From Candidatus Subterrananammoxibius californiae (lineage in GTDB: Bacteria > Planctomycetota > Brocadiia > Brocadiales > Subterrananammoxibiaceae), in contig JAURAC010000015.1 in assembly GCA_030586555.1 (NCBI GenBank), positions 9,820 through 73,819 of the forward strand: 64,000 bases of DNA. The letters run 5' to 3'. Both the position numbers and the translations under genes were made by a program. The notes under the pieces are model-generated. The model had not been told where the DNA came from. It did no database searches and saw nothing but the letters and a program-made list of their open reading frames with translations. Shown here one piece after another: positions 1-8,686 of this stretch (the stretch's first letter is position 1; the number at the start of each line of letters is the position of its first letter).

Positions 1-30
1 CATCGCTCATAGCTCATTACTTATCACTCT

Positions 31-840
31 TTATTTGCACCTAAAATTCACATTATTTACCTTCTCATAAGGGTTGTAAGGAAAGATTCCAATAAGGCGA
101 TGATGTGGATTACACCGTCCTCTCACAGACACACCGTACCAAATATCCCATGGATTATAGTCTAAGTTATCAAAGGTGTAACAACCATTAATATCTGTTA
201 CAGCCTCTTCTACCTTGGACCTTTTGCTCCATTTTGGGATAAAATGCCACCCTGGATATACCCTCCATAAAATGACGGTCCTTCCTGCAAGCGGCTCCTT
301 TGTTCTCCTTTTCGTCACCTGACCAGATATACATCCCCAAGGTCCACTATCAGGACACTGGCATATACAATTCTCATGAACAGTTGGGTCTGTATCGTTG
401 CAATCAGTGCAATCGAGAACATAACCTGACGGTGGTGTGCAAGCTTGGGTGCTATTATTTGGATTCCCATATCCATCCCCGTCTGCATCATTACAATAGG
501 TATTCTTTACGCCTTCATCTGTTTGGTTATCACAATTATCGTCAACCCCATTGCACAGTTCAAATGCTCCGGGATGTATTTCAGGGTCGGCATCGTCACA
601 ATCAAGGTCATTGTCAACCCAACCCGGTGGCGGTGGTGGGCAAGCAAAATCCAATATATAGTTTGGATTACCATATCCATCTCCATCTTCATCCCTATAG
701 TAAGCATACGCACATGTAGTCGTTGTCGTTGTAGTTGTGATTGTTGTGGTACCGTTTCTAATGTCGTAAGGAAAAACTTTGCAAGTACTCAGACTATATA
801 ACATCAGCAAAATTCCAAAAATAATCAGAATCTTTTTCAT
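31..840 (-). CDS. Secreted protein with MopE-related/putative metal-binding repeats and C-terminal beta-sandwich
   Basis: Signal peptide MKKILII..., Thr-rich linker, YRDEDGDGYG / DCDDADPEIHPGAFELCNGVDDNCD repeats; ATG at 840 preferred over upstream GTG at 876. Confidence 0.75.
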   Translation of the reverse strand: MKKILIIFGILLMLYSLSTCKVFPYDIRNGTTTITTTTTTTTCAYAYYRDEDGDGYGNPNYILDFACPPPPPGWVDNDLDCDDADPEIHPGAFELCNGVDDNCDNQTDEGVKNTYCNDADGDGYGNPNNSTQACTPPSGYVLDCTDCNDTDPTVHENCICQCPDSGPWGCISGQVTKRRTKEPLAGRTVILWRVYPGWHFIPKWSKRSKVEEAVTDINGCYTFDNLDYNPWDIWYGVSVRGRCNPHHRLIGIFPYNPYEKVNNVNFRCK

Positions 841-1196
841 TTTAATCACCTCACTTTTTTGAAGTGTATTAACCACATACTCTTTAATCCCATCTTTATA
901 TAGGGGAAATTTGTGGAGCCATAGGGAAAAACAAAAGACCTACTCTTTAGAGAAAGAGAGAGAATATATTTGATATGTTCATTGCCAACTATCCTTCCCT
1001 TTTTCAGAGTTCATGTATTGAACCAATACATCGGATTTTGAAAGAATTATACCATATTTTTTACTTTGTGCAATGAATCTTAAAAAAAATTTGAGCTTCT
1101 TCCCCACCTTAGGCGGGTCGGAATGACAAATATTCAATTTAATAGGGCAAATAATCAAAGACTCTCAACTCTTGACTCCCGACTCTCAACTTGGGT

Positions 1197-2798
1197 TTAT
1201 ATTCTTTTAAAAAGCAAGAATTTTATGGCTGCCCATATTATTCCAAGCCCTTTTGCTGGCATAACGGTAACCACTAAAAGCCTGTCATCCTTAAAATGCT
1301 CTTTTACTGCACAGGTAATTTGCTCTGTTGAAATTTTATCTATTTCTTGAAGAAAGGTATCTATGGTAGGACAGACATTCCTGTCTGTCCTACCACTACT
1401 ACCAGAAACACTCCAATGGATGTATATAGATGCCCTGAATTCATTACTCTCAAAATTAATCCTGAGCTTTCCAATGGTCTCGCTTTTTGCAATCGTCAAT
1501 TCATCCTCCGATGTTGGAGTACTCTTCATCTTTTCAATCTCTGAAAGAACTATCTCCTCTAGCCTTTTTAAATTATCAGGATGTGTGCCGATGACGAATC
1601 CCCAGATGCCAATGTCAGAAAGTGAAGCAAGCTCTTGCAAGCCAAAATCCTCCGCAGAAATAAAGAAATCGCTCAACCCTTCTTCCTTTAGCTTATGGTA
1701 GAGACGTGAATTTTTGCCGGGTCCGAGGATAGAGTAAAGTAACCGCATCGCATGCTTTTCTATGTCCTTTTCCCCATCCGTTCGCACAATCAAGGCAAAA
1801 TAACCCTGTTTGGTAAGGGTTTTGAGCTTAATCCCCCTTTTTCCCCCTTTGTAAAAGGGGGATTTAGGGAGCTTGAAATGCGGTATTGAAAAGGATTTAT
1901 CAGGTAAAGGGCTCTTTTCCTTATTAGAGAAAATCTTTTCTACCTCGCTTAAAGCAATTTCCGTATCTATTCCTCCCACGATAACCACAGTCATGTTGTT
2001 GGGTATATAGTAGGTTTGGTAGAACTCTCTAATTCTGTCAAAACTGATTGTTTTTATGGACAAGGTTGTTCCAGCTATTGGACGACCTAATGGGTTATCG
2101 GGAATCACCCTGTTAATAAGGCTGTAGTAGGCAATGGCGAAAGGATTATTCTTTGTAAAAGCTATCTCATGCAGGATAACCTTCTTTTCCAGATTGATAC
2201 CCCTTCTATTAAAACATGGTTCAAGGACAAGCCTCGAAAGCCCTCCCAATACATTTTTAAACTCCGACGCAGGCGCTGTCACGTAGTATCTTGTGTACTC
2301 AAAAGTGGTACTGCCATTAAGGATACCGCCTGATGACCTGATTTGATTAAAAATTTCATCCCTTTCTGCATCACATTGAATTGCTGCCTCGTTATCGTAT
2401 GGTGGCCACCAGTCCTCACGAAAAAGGATGTGCTCTATAAGATGCGAAATGCCGTTAAGACCTTCGGGTTCGTAACGAGAGCCTACGCTGACTATGATTG
2501 AGCAATGTACAGTAGTGCTTCCCGGTCTTTCATCCACAATAATCCGCAATCCATTTTTCGTGATAATCTCGGTAAGTTTGGACGTGGGTTCTTCAGATAG
2601 CGTGCGTTGCGCTTCAATGCCAGACTGGCTGCGTGTCTCCTCACTAAAGACAGGCATCTCCCCCAGAGGGAGGAGGTAGACAACGATGTTTATCATCGTT
2701 GAAATCAACGAACATAAAGTTCGTTGTCTACCGTTTCCCGATTTAAATAGGCATCCGAACAAAAAGGGCTTCGTAACTTTACACGTATAGTTGTTCAT
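1197..2798 (-). CDS. M16 (pitrilysin/insulinase family) zinc peptidase
   Basis: HLIEH inverted zincin motif, NGSTT, YYIPNNM; start uncertain (2798, 2696 or 2657); carries palindromic inserts. Confidence 0.9.
   Translation of the reverse strand: MNNYTCKVTKPFLFGCLFKSGNGRQRTLCSLISTMINIVVYLLPLGEMPVFSEETRSQSGIEAQRTLSEEPTSKLTEIITKNGLRIIVDERPGSTTVHCSIIVSVGSRYEPEGLNGISHLIEHILFREDWWPPYDNEAAIQCDAERDEIFNQIRSSGGILNGSTTFEYTRYYVTAPASEFKNVLGGLSRLVLEPCFNRRGINLEKKVILHEIAFTKNNPFAIAYYSLINRVIPDNPLGRPIAGTTLSIKTISFDRIREFYQTYYIPNNMTVVIVGGIDTEIALSEVEKIFSNKEKSPLPDKSFSIPHFKLPKSPFYKGGKRGIKLKTLTKQGYFALIVRTDGEKDIEKHAMRLLYSILGPGKNSRLYHKLKEEGLSDFFISAEDFGLQELASLSDIGIWGFVIGTHPDNLKRLEEIVLSEIEKMKSTPTSEDELTIAKSETIGKLRINFESNEFRASIYIHWSVSGSSGRTDRNVCPTIDTFLQEIDKISTEQITCAVKEHFKDDRLLVVTVMPAKGLGIIWAAIKFLLFKRI
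1365..1394. repeat. GTAG-ended 30-bp palindrome inside M16 peptidase
   Basis: GGTAGGACAGACA-TTCC-TGTCTGTCCTACC, encodes GRTDRNVCPT. Confidence 0.85.
1832..1869. repeat. Family E C/G-rich hairpin repeat inside M16 peptidase
   Basis: TCCCCCTTTTTCCCCCTTTGTAAAAGGGGGATTTAGGG; relatives at about 4333, 22579, 33027, 37172, 50067. Confidence 0.75.
2675..2732. repeat. Family A REP-like doublet
   Basis: GGTAGACAACGA..TCGTTG-AAAT-CAACGAAC..GTTCGTTGTCTACC; 9 loci in window. Confidence 0.9.
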
Positions 2799-2809
2799 TA
2801 TTTTGTAGA

Positions 2810-2838
2810 ATTGTAGTTTCTCAAAAATGTTTTGTCAA
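2810..2838 (-). promoter_or_regulatory. Putative sigma70 promoter for M16 peptidase
   Basis: TTGACA-N17-TACAAT on minus strand just upstream of ATG 2798. Confidence 0.55.
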
Positions 2839-2912
2839 TAATTAAGGAACGTGTTGATGAGCACTTTCCTTCGTAAAACCCATGATAGGGCTGAATGGCA
2901 AGGCGAAAAAAC

Positions 2913-2941
2913 TTGACAGTACCTACATCTTTTGCTATCTT
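2913..2941 (+). promoter_or_regulatory. Putative sigma70 promoter
   Basis: TTGACA-N17-TATCTT with extended -10 TG. Confidence 0.5.
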
Positions 2942-3163
2942 TATACCCTATTAGTGTGGAAAATTATAGAATGTTTCAATTCGTCCAGGAAGAAGGTTTC
3001 ATCAAAAGATTTAACCTTATGATTCTTACAACCCTCTGTTAAGAAATCAGTATCCAAAACTCTTTTATAAAAGGGAGGATAAAAAAGGAGGTGATGTGAT
3101 GTATGGTAATAATAGATGTTGAATATTGACAAGGCACTTTTCTATAATAAAGGAGGTTAAGTC

Positions 3164-3880
3164 ATGAAATATAAAGAAAATTTGAAGATTATTATCCTTG
3201 CTTTGTTGATAGTGTTGGGAACTACCGCATTTGCTGAGGCTCTGGAATGTAAAAAACGCGGATTCACAAAGGATTTCATGATAGACCAGTGTAACTTTTC
3301 TAACATTGGTAGTAATCCTTTCTTCATTTTAGAACCCGGCTTCCAGCTCGTTCTTGAGGGCAAAGAGGAGGGGGAAGATGTTCGTCTTGAAATAACCGTT
3401 CTCGATGAAACGGAGACGGTCAATGGTGTTGTAACAAGGGTGGTCGAGGAGATAGAAACCAAGGGTGGTGAATTGGTCGAGGTCTCAAGAAATTTCTTCG
3501 CAATATGCAACGAGACCAACAGCGTTTTCTACCATGGTGAGACAACTGACATCTACGAAAATGGTGAGATTGTTAGTCACGAAGGAGCCTGGCGGGCAGG
3601 TGAAGACGGGGCGGAGCCGGGTATTATTATGCCTGGAACAATTCTTAAGGGTGCAAGATATTTCCAGGAAATGGCGCCTGAAGTTGCGATGGATAGGGCA
3701 GAAATAATATGCTTAGATGCGGTTTTAGAAACACCATACGACACGTTTGAAAATTGCCTGAAAACTGAAGAGACCACCCCTTTAGAGCCTGGTGCTAAAG
3801 ATTTTAAATTCTATGCCTTTGGAATTGGCTTGATAAAAGACGGCACGTTATTATTGACAGGGGTCACTTTCCCCCCTTAG
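3164..3880 (+). CDS. Conserved hypothetical secreted protein
   Basis: Strong SD AGGAGG, signal peptide ending AFA, acidic beta-rich body (GAWRAGEDGAEPGIIMPG). Confidence 0.8.
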   Translation: MKYKENLKIIILALLIVLGTTAFAEALECKKRGFTKDFMIDQCNFSNIGSNPFFILEPGFQLVLEGKEEGEDVRLEITVLDETETVNGVVTRVVEEIETKGGELVEVSRNFFAICNETNSVFYHGETTDIYENGEIVSHEGAWRAGEDGAEPGIIMPGTILKGARYFQEMAPEVAMDRAEIICLDAVLETPYDTFENCLKTEETTPLEPGAKDFKFYAFGIGLIKDGTLLLTGVTFPP

Positions 3881-3905
3881 TAAAGTATATGGTGTGCCGG
3901 TTATT

Positions 3906-3934
3906 GTAGGGGCAGGTTTGAAACCTGCCCCCAC
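3906..3934. repeat. Family B REP-like palindrome (GTAGGGGC...GCCCC[T/C]AC)
   Basis: GTAGGGGCAGGTTTGAAACCTGCCCCCAC downstream of stop. Confidence 0.85.
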
Positions 3935-4059
3935 GTTACCATCCTTGCTTCCGGCACAATCGCGTATATCAATTGTTAAATATCAAAAATGTTTGGAACA
4001 TCTTTTTGCTTTTTCTCTTGAAACTTTTTCCCTTTGTTAGTATCATTTAATGCGATAAT

Positions 4060-4218
4060 ATGAAGAAGATTTCCTCCCACCAAAAGGACGGCGGACTTAC
4101 AAAAAAGTTTAAGGTGATACTCGGGATTGTAGTTGGTATTAATATCATCGCAATTGTGTTTTTCCTAATCTGGATTACAATTAACTTAAATTCAGTCTTC
4201 AGCAACCTCGGTTTATGA
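4060..4218 (+). CDS. Small 52-aa single-pass membrane protein (below ORF track cutoff)
   Basis: MKKISSHQKDGGLTKKFKVILGIVVGINIIAIVFFLIWITINLNSVFSNLGL; stop overlaps next start (ATGA). Confidence 0.55.
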   Translation: MKKISSHQKDGGLTKKFKVILGIVVGINIIAIVFFLIWITINLNSVFSNLGL

Positions 4219-4697
4219 TAAAAGCCGCAACTACGAAATTTCAAAGCAAGCCCTTCATCCTTTTTTTCCTTGTTGTTTTTTGTCTTGCAGGATTAGAGAC
4301 ACAGACTGCTTTACTGCAAACAAGGTCTTTTAATCCCCTATTTCTCCCTTTAGTAAAGGGGGAGACATCGGGGTTATCTTTTCCCTGCCAGGGCCATGGT
4401 TGCGGGTGTAACGATGTGGATGATTGTAGAAACCACTGCTGCTGTTTCAAAACCGCATTGTCAGATGTGTCTGTGAAAGCAGGTATTTCTTATTTTACAA
4501 AAACCCTTCATTGTCGAGGTGTTCATACAAATATTCCTATCAGTCACCTTACACAATATGAGCCTCTTGCATTGTTAAAAGCACGTTTTGGGGACGTCCT
4601 TCTAACCATCCTGCCAACGCATCGGGTCAAAAAGCCATCAGAGCCATGTCTATCGCCTCCTTACAATCCACCGGAAAAATACCTTCTTAACGCTTAG
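4215..4697 (+). CDS. Cys-rich exported/membrane protein, DUF2946-like leader candidate
   Basis: Hydrophobic N-terminus, FPCQGHGCGC...CRNHCCC, C-terminal PPYNPPE. Confidence 0.6.
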   Translation: MIKAATTKFQSKPFILFFLVVFCLAGLETQTALLQTRSFNPLFLPLVKGETSGLSFPCQGHGCGCNDVDDCRNHCCCFKTALSDVSVKAGISYFTKTLHCRGVHTNIPISHLTQYEPLALLKARFGDVLLTILPTHRVKKPSEPCLSPPYNPPEKYLLNA

Positions 4698-4716
4698 CTC
4701 ATACCGCATATCTAAA

Positions 4717-4774
4717 GGTAGACAACGAACTTTATGTTCGTTGAAGTCAACGAGGTAAAACCTCATTGTCTACC
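4717..4774. repeat. Family A REP-like doublet
   Basis: GGTAGACAACGAACTTTATGTTCGTTGAAGTCAACGAGGTAAAACCTCATTGTCTACC. Confidence 0.9.
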
Positions 4775-4811
4775 GCCGTACTATTGCTATTTTAAAGAAA
4801 GGGGAAAAAGC

Positions 4812-5801
4812 ATGAAGGTATTTGTCAGGAATACAGGATGGGTTGTAGCTATTGTAGTTATTATACGTCTAATTTTTTTTCAGATCCCAGCTGCCTTAGC
4901 CAATCATGGAGCGGGGACATCGGGAGGCGGTGCAACTACCGTTTCAGCAATTACTCAAAAAGAAAGAACGTTTGCCATAGGTTTTCGCTCTGAGTACACG
5001 GAATTTGAGCATATTGGAGCTTCAAAGTTATTAAGGCTGGGGGAAGAAACTGGAGATTTTGATGCCGTTGACAGGGCGTTTTTCAACTCAATAGAGGCTG
5101 CTTATGGAGTAACGGATGATTTTACGCTTGGCTTATCGCTCGGATGGTTTGAGGCAAATAATTTCCGTGTGGCTGAAGTTAGCGAAGAAGACCCCGAAGA
5201 GATAGAAAGACTGCGGGGAAATCCTGATGGTCTTACAGACCTCTGGCTCTTTGGAAAGTATCGGGTTTATAGAGGTCTACAGGGACACGTGTCTTTTCTC
5301 GGCGGGGTAAAGTTTCCAACTGGAAGGGATGATGCAAAACTTAATAACGGGGAAAAGATAGAGGCAGTCGAGCAGCCGGGCAGCGGCTCTTACGATTTTG
5401 CCATTGGCATTGCCTATTCCCGCTGGCTTACAGAGCGTTGTACTATGGATAGTAACATACAATACATTTTTAGAACGGAAGGCGCGCGTGATTTTGAAAT
5501 TGGCGATAGATTCGATGCCAACGTGGCTATTGGGTATCCGCTCACGCCCATCAAGAACTATCCAAACTGCTCTGTTGCCGGGGAACTTAACTTAAGGCAT
5601 CTTCTTAAGGACGAGATTGATGGCGATAAGGAGAAGAACAGCGGCGGAACCACGCTCTTCTTTTCACCAGGCATTAGAGCAGGCATCACGCGGCGGTTAA
5701 GCGCGGGTCTTTCTGTTCCGCTCCCGATATATCAGCACGTTAATGGCAAACAGCAGGAGACTGACTTTAAAATCGTCCTTGGCATTGGTTATACTTTTTA
5801 A
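4812..5801 (+). CDS. Outer-membrane beta-barrel transporter-family protein
   Basis: Signal peptide ALA-NH, GLTDLWL/GVKFPTG/QPGSGSYD motifs, terminal YTF; ORF extension to 4734 is repeat-derived. Confidence 0.75.
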   Translation: MKVFVRNTGWVVAIVVIIRLIFFQIPAALANHGAGTSGGGATTVSAITQKERTFAIGFRSEYTEFEHIGASKLLRLGEETGDFDAVDRAFFNSIEAAYGVTDDFTLGLSLGWFEANNFRVAEVSEEDPEEIERLRGNPDGLTDLWLFGKYRVYRGLQGHVSFLGGVKFPTGRDDAKLNNGEKIEAVEQPGSGSYDFAIGIAYSRWLTERCTMDSNIQYIFRTEGARDFEIGDRFDANVAIGYPLTPIKNYPNCSVAGELNLRHLLKDEIDGDKEKNSGGTTLFFSPGIRAGITRRLSAGLSVPLPIYQHVNGKQQETDFKIVLGIGYTF

Positions 5802-5863
5802 TGATTGAGGGTTTTCAGATTGCGGAGTTATTCCGCATTCGGGGGGAGGGGAGGTAAAGTATT

Positions 5864-6307
5864 ATGTTTTTAAAAAGAATCTTGTTAGGAGTAATAATTT
5901 TGTTTATGACGGGATGTAGCAGCACGCAAACTTCCATGCCTGTCCAAGGTGGCGGAAAGTATAGCCCACGCGTTGTTGACCCTGTTTGTGCTTATTATGC
6001 AGACATGGGCTGTATACTTATCGTTGTGGATGATTCAACACTCAGAAGCGTTTACAACGGAGGTACCTACTATTTTTGTAGCGCGGAATGTAAAGAGGAT
6101 TTCGATAAGCATCCAGAGAAATTCATGAGAAAGGTCGAAAAAGCCCCCAAAGGCTCTGTAGACCCTGTATGCAAGGCGCCAGTTGATACCATGGATAGCC
6201 CCTCAAGCTGTCTTGATAATGGCGGGAAGGTCTTCTTTTGCTCTGCCCACTGCCGCTCGAAATATCTAACATCACCTGAGCGATACCGTGGTGTTCCGTC
6301 GCCTTAG
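5864..6307 (+). CDS. Lipoprotein with two YHS (metal-binding) domains
   Basis: Lipobox MTG-C; DPVC...YYFCSAEC and DPVC...FFCSAHC. Confidence 0.85.
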   Translation: MFLKRILLGVIILFMTGCSSTQTSMPVQGGGKYSPRVVDPVCAYYADMGCILIVVDDSTLRSVYNGGTYYFCSAECKEDFDKHPEKFMRKVEKAPKGSVDPVCKAPVDTMDSPSSCLDNGGKVFFCSAHCRSKYLTSPERYRGVPSP

Positions 6308-6341
6308 GCTAAGGACACCCTGGGAAGTAACGAGTATTATG

Positions 6342-6369
6342 GTAGGGGCGTATCTCGATACGCCCCTAC
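6342..6369. repeat. Family B REP-like palindrome
   Basis: GTAGGGGCGTATCTCGATACGCCCCTAC. Confidence 0.85.
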
Positions 6370-6490
6370 AAATAAATAACTGGACCTGTCTGCCTGGTTC
6401 GAATCTATGCTCCCCATCCATCCTTCGCCGAGGCAAGACAAATTGGATACGAAAAATGTGGAAAGTGCTTCTAATACTCCCAAATATCCA

Positions 6491-6519
6491 TTGACAAGTA
6501 TGCATCCAAGATGCATAAT
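6491..6519 (+). promoter_or_regulatory. vapBC promoter with overlapping palindromic operator
   Basis: TTGACA-N17-CATAAT; TATGCATC-CAA-GATGCATA overlaps the -10. Confidence 0.65.
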
Positions 6520-6562
6520 AATACATATAAAGTTTGCATATTGAATTGAAAGGATTAAATCT

Positions 6563-6775
6563 ATGAGAACGACATTAAATATAGAAGACGAATTGCTTAA
6601 GAAGGCATCAAAATTAACCGGGATTAAGGAGAAGACATATCTGGTCAAGCTTGGTTTGAAAACCTTGATTGCCAGGGAAAGCAGTAAAAAGCTTGCTAAA
6701 TTGGGTGGAACTGAAAAGAAATTAACCACGGTGCCTCGTAGAAGGACATTAAACAAATATGATGATTCTTGTTGA
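6563..6775 (+). CDS. vapB: VapB-family antitoxin
   Basis: MRTTLNIEDELL RHH-type N-terminus, upstream of PIN toxin. Confidence 0.9.
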   Translation: MRTTLNIEDELLKKASKLTGIKEKTYLVKLGLKTLIARESSKKLAKLGGTEKKLTTVPRRRTLNKYDDSC

Positions 6776-7127
6776 CACTTCAATATGGGTGTTACACCTG
6801 CAAAAAGGGCATGTTAAGCTTGAAAAGTTATTGAATGACGGCGACGTTGTCTGTCATCCGTTTATTGTAGGTGAACTTGCCTGCGGGAATCTGAGGAACA
6901 GACTTGAAATACTTTCTCTCCTTCAAGCGCTACCCATGACGACACAGGCAGAACATGAAGATGTTATGCAATTCATAGAGAATTATGGATTGATGGGAAA
7001 AGGATTAGGTTACGTTGATATGCATTTGCTTGCTTCGGCTTTATTGACTGAGGTTCCAATCTGGACACTTGATAAAAAACTCGATGAAGTCTCGAAAGAA
7101 CTTGGAATCGGTTTTAATAAAAAATAA
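6759..7127 (+). CDS. vapC: VapC PIN-domain toxin
   Basis: ILVDTSIW, GELACG, GYVDMHLLASA, WTLDKKL. Confidence 0.9.
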   Translation: MMILVDTSIWVLHLQKGHVKLEKLLNDGDVVCHPFIVGELACGNLRNRLEILSLLQALPMTTQAEHEDVMQFIENYGLMGKGLGYVDMHLLASALLTEVPIWTLDKKLDEVSKELGIGFNKK

Positions 7128-7254
7128 GGTCAAGCCTGATAATTTTTGAAAAAAAGAGTTGGGTTTATAAATGAAGGCTCCTGCGAAAGGCAGAAAAATA
7201 CTGCAACCTGTCATGCTGAACCTGAAACACGTTCAGGGTGATAATTGAACCAAC

Positions 7255-7361
7255 AACAAAATTGTAGGGGCAGACCTATGTGTCTGCCCCAAAAAGGGCG
7301 AACACGCAGGTTCGCCCCTACATCCTCCCCCCAAGGGGAGAGGGATGGATGAGGGGTGACA
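7255..7361. repeat. Left copy of ~105-bp direct repeat (family B doublet + C/G hairpin)
   Basis: Nearly identical to 8554-8660. Confidence 0.9.
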
Positions 7362-7462
7362 AGACTATACCTTCTCAGGATGTTCAAATTTATATTCCGC
7401 TCATCATGCTTCCTGATTAAAATCCTTGCCATACGAGTGTGGATTTTTCTTTAACACCCCCC

Positions 7463-7508
7463 TTGACAAACCTTCTAAATATGTTACACTTGTAACTGAT
7501 ATGTTACA
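7463..7508 (+). promoter_or_regulatory. Promoter and palindromic operator of HTH-MNT/HEPN operon
   Basis: TTGACA-N16-TACACT; TGTAAC-N6-GTTACA and GTTACA-CT-TGTAAC palindromes. Confidence 0.55.
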
Positions 7509-7519
7509 AGGAGGCTTAT

Positions 7520-8128
7520 ATGAAATTTCATGTTTCACCATTGGATGTACTAAACTCTAAAACAAAAGTAAAAATTATAAAATTTCTGTTAACCCACGAA
7601 GCTTCTATGAGCGAAAGGGAAATAGCATCTGTTTTAAAAGTTTCTCACATGAGTGTAAACAGGACTATGCGAGAACTTGCTGATATGAATTTTGTGAACT
7701 TCATTACTGCTGGAAAAGCCCACTTATGGAGGGTAAATCGTAAAAGCTATGCCTTCAAAACTTTATCTGAATTGATTAAGGGTATTTTGAGTATCAAAGA
7801 ACCTCTAAAAGAACTGAAAAAGACCCTCTCGAAAAATTTACCCAAACCTCTAATTAGAAAAGTGGTTTTGTTTGGCTCCGTTGTGAAAGGAATAGAAAGG
7901 GCAGATAGCGATATAGACGTTTTCGTCCTGGTTAGAGATATACAGAGTAGAAGAAAGATTGAATCCGCAATAGATGAATTATCAAATGTATGCCTTGAGG
8001 TCTATGGAAACAGATTAGCCCCTTACATCTTAACGGAACAAGAAATGAAGCAAAAGAAAAATTTAAGTATAATTTCTGAAGTTAACAATGGCATCCAAAT
8101 CTTTCCAAAGGATGGGCATAAATTATAA
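7520..8128 (+). CDS. wHTH-minimal nucleotidyltransferase (MNT) antitoxin
   Basis: N-terminal HTH; LFGSVVKG...SDIDV nucleotidyltransferase motif. Confidence 0.85.
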   Translation: MKFHVSPLDVLNSKTKVKIIKFLLTHEASMSEREIASVLKVSHMSVNRTMRELADMNFVNFITAGKAHLWRVNRKSYAFKTLSELIKGILSIKEPLKELKKTLSKNLPKPLIRKVVLFGSVVKGIERADSDIDVFVLVRDIQSRRKIESAIDELSNVCLEVYGNRLAPYILTEQEMKQKKNLSIISEVNNGIQIFPKDGHKL

Positions 8129-8529
8129 CCCCAAAATTCAGAACGAAGGACGTTGCAAAGTCATTCTATATCAACTACCTCATGCGAGCTGAAGAATGTT
8201 TACATGCAGCAAGAAATTCCTTTAACAAGCAGGAATGGAACGCAGCAACCATTAACGCTATCCACTCCTGTATAGCAGCATGTGATGCCATGTGCGTATA
8301 TTTTCTGGGCAGACGTCATGCAGGAGAAAACCATAATGATGCTGTAACTCTTTTCAAAACAATCAAAAGCGGTGAGGAAATAAATACAAATGCAAATAGA
8401 ATTGCAAGAGTACTTAGTATTAAGAATATAGCAGAGTATGAAGAAAGGCTTGTTTATAAATCCGAGGCTGAAAAGGTTCTAAAGGACTGTGAAAGATTCT
8501 TTGAGTATGTTAAAAAGGTGTTACCTTAA
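8125..8529 (+). CDS. HEPN-domain protein (start codon ATA at 8125 or ATG at 8182)
   Basis: Helical HEPN pattern, GENH, KNIAEY; frame open from 8122. Confidence 0.75.
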   Translation: MTPKFRTKDVAKSFYINYLMRAEECLHAARNSFNKQEWNAATINAIHSCIAACDAMCVYFLGRRHAGENHNDAVTLFKTIKSGEEINTNANRIARVLSIKNIAEYEERLVYKSEAEKVLKDCERFFEYVKKVLP

Positions 8530-8553
8530 TATAGGATAGATTTAAGGAAAGCT

Positions 8554-8660
8554 AACAAAATTGTAGGGGCAGACCTATGTGTCTGCCCCAAAAAGGGCGA
8601 ACACGCAGGTTCGCCCCTACATCCTCTCCCCCAAGGGGAGAGGGAAGGGTGAGGGGGACA
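8554..8660. repeat. Right copy of ~105-bp direct repeat
   Basis: Nearly identical to 7255-7361. Confidence 0.9.
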
Positions 8661-8686
8661 CGCTCATGCTTTTTCACTTAGAAATC

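Noticed and set aside
3126-3148. TTGACA...TATAAT upstream of the 3164 gene
   Set aside because: Spacer is only 11 bp.
3994-4010. Possible sigma54 promoter TGGAACATCTTTTTGCT
   Set aside because: GG-to-GC spacing is 11 rather than the required 10.
4734-4811. N-terminal ORF extensions at 4734, 36719, 48235, 54897 and 61382
   Set aside because: They are translations of intergenic repeats; better starts lie downstream.
7211-7432. 73-aa ORF, and similar ORFs at 6272, 35305, 46585 and 52817
   Set aside because: Largely composed of repeat translations.
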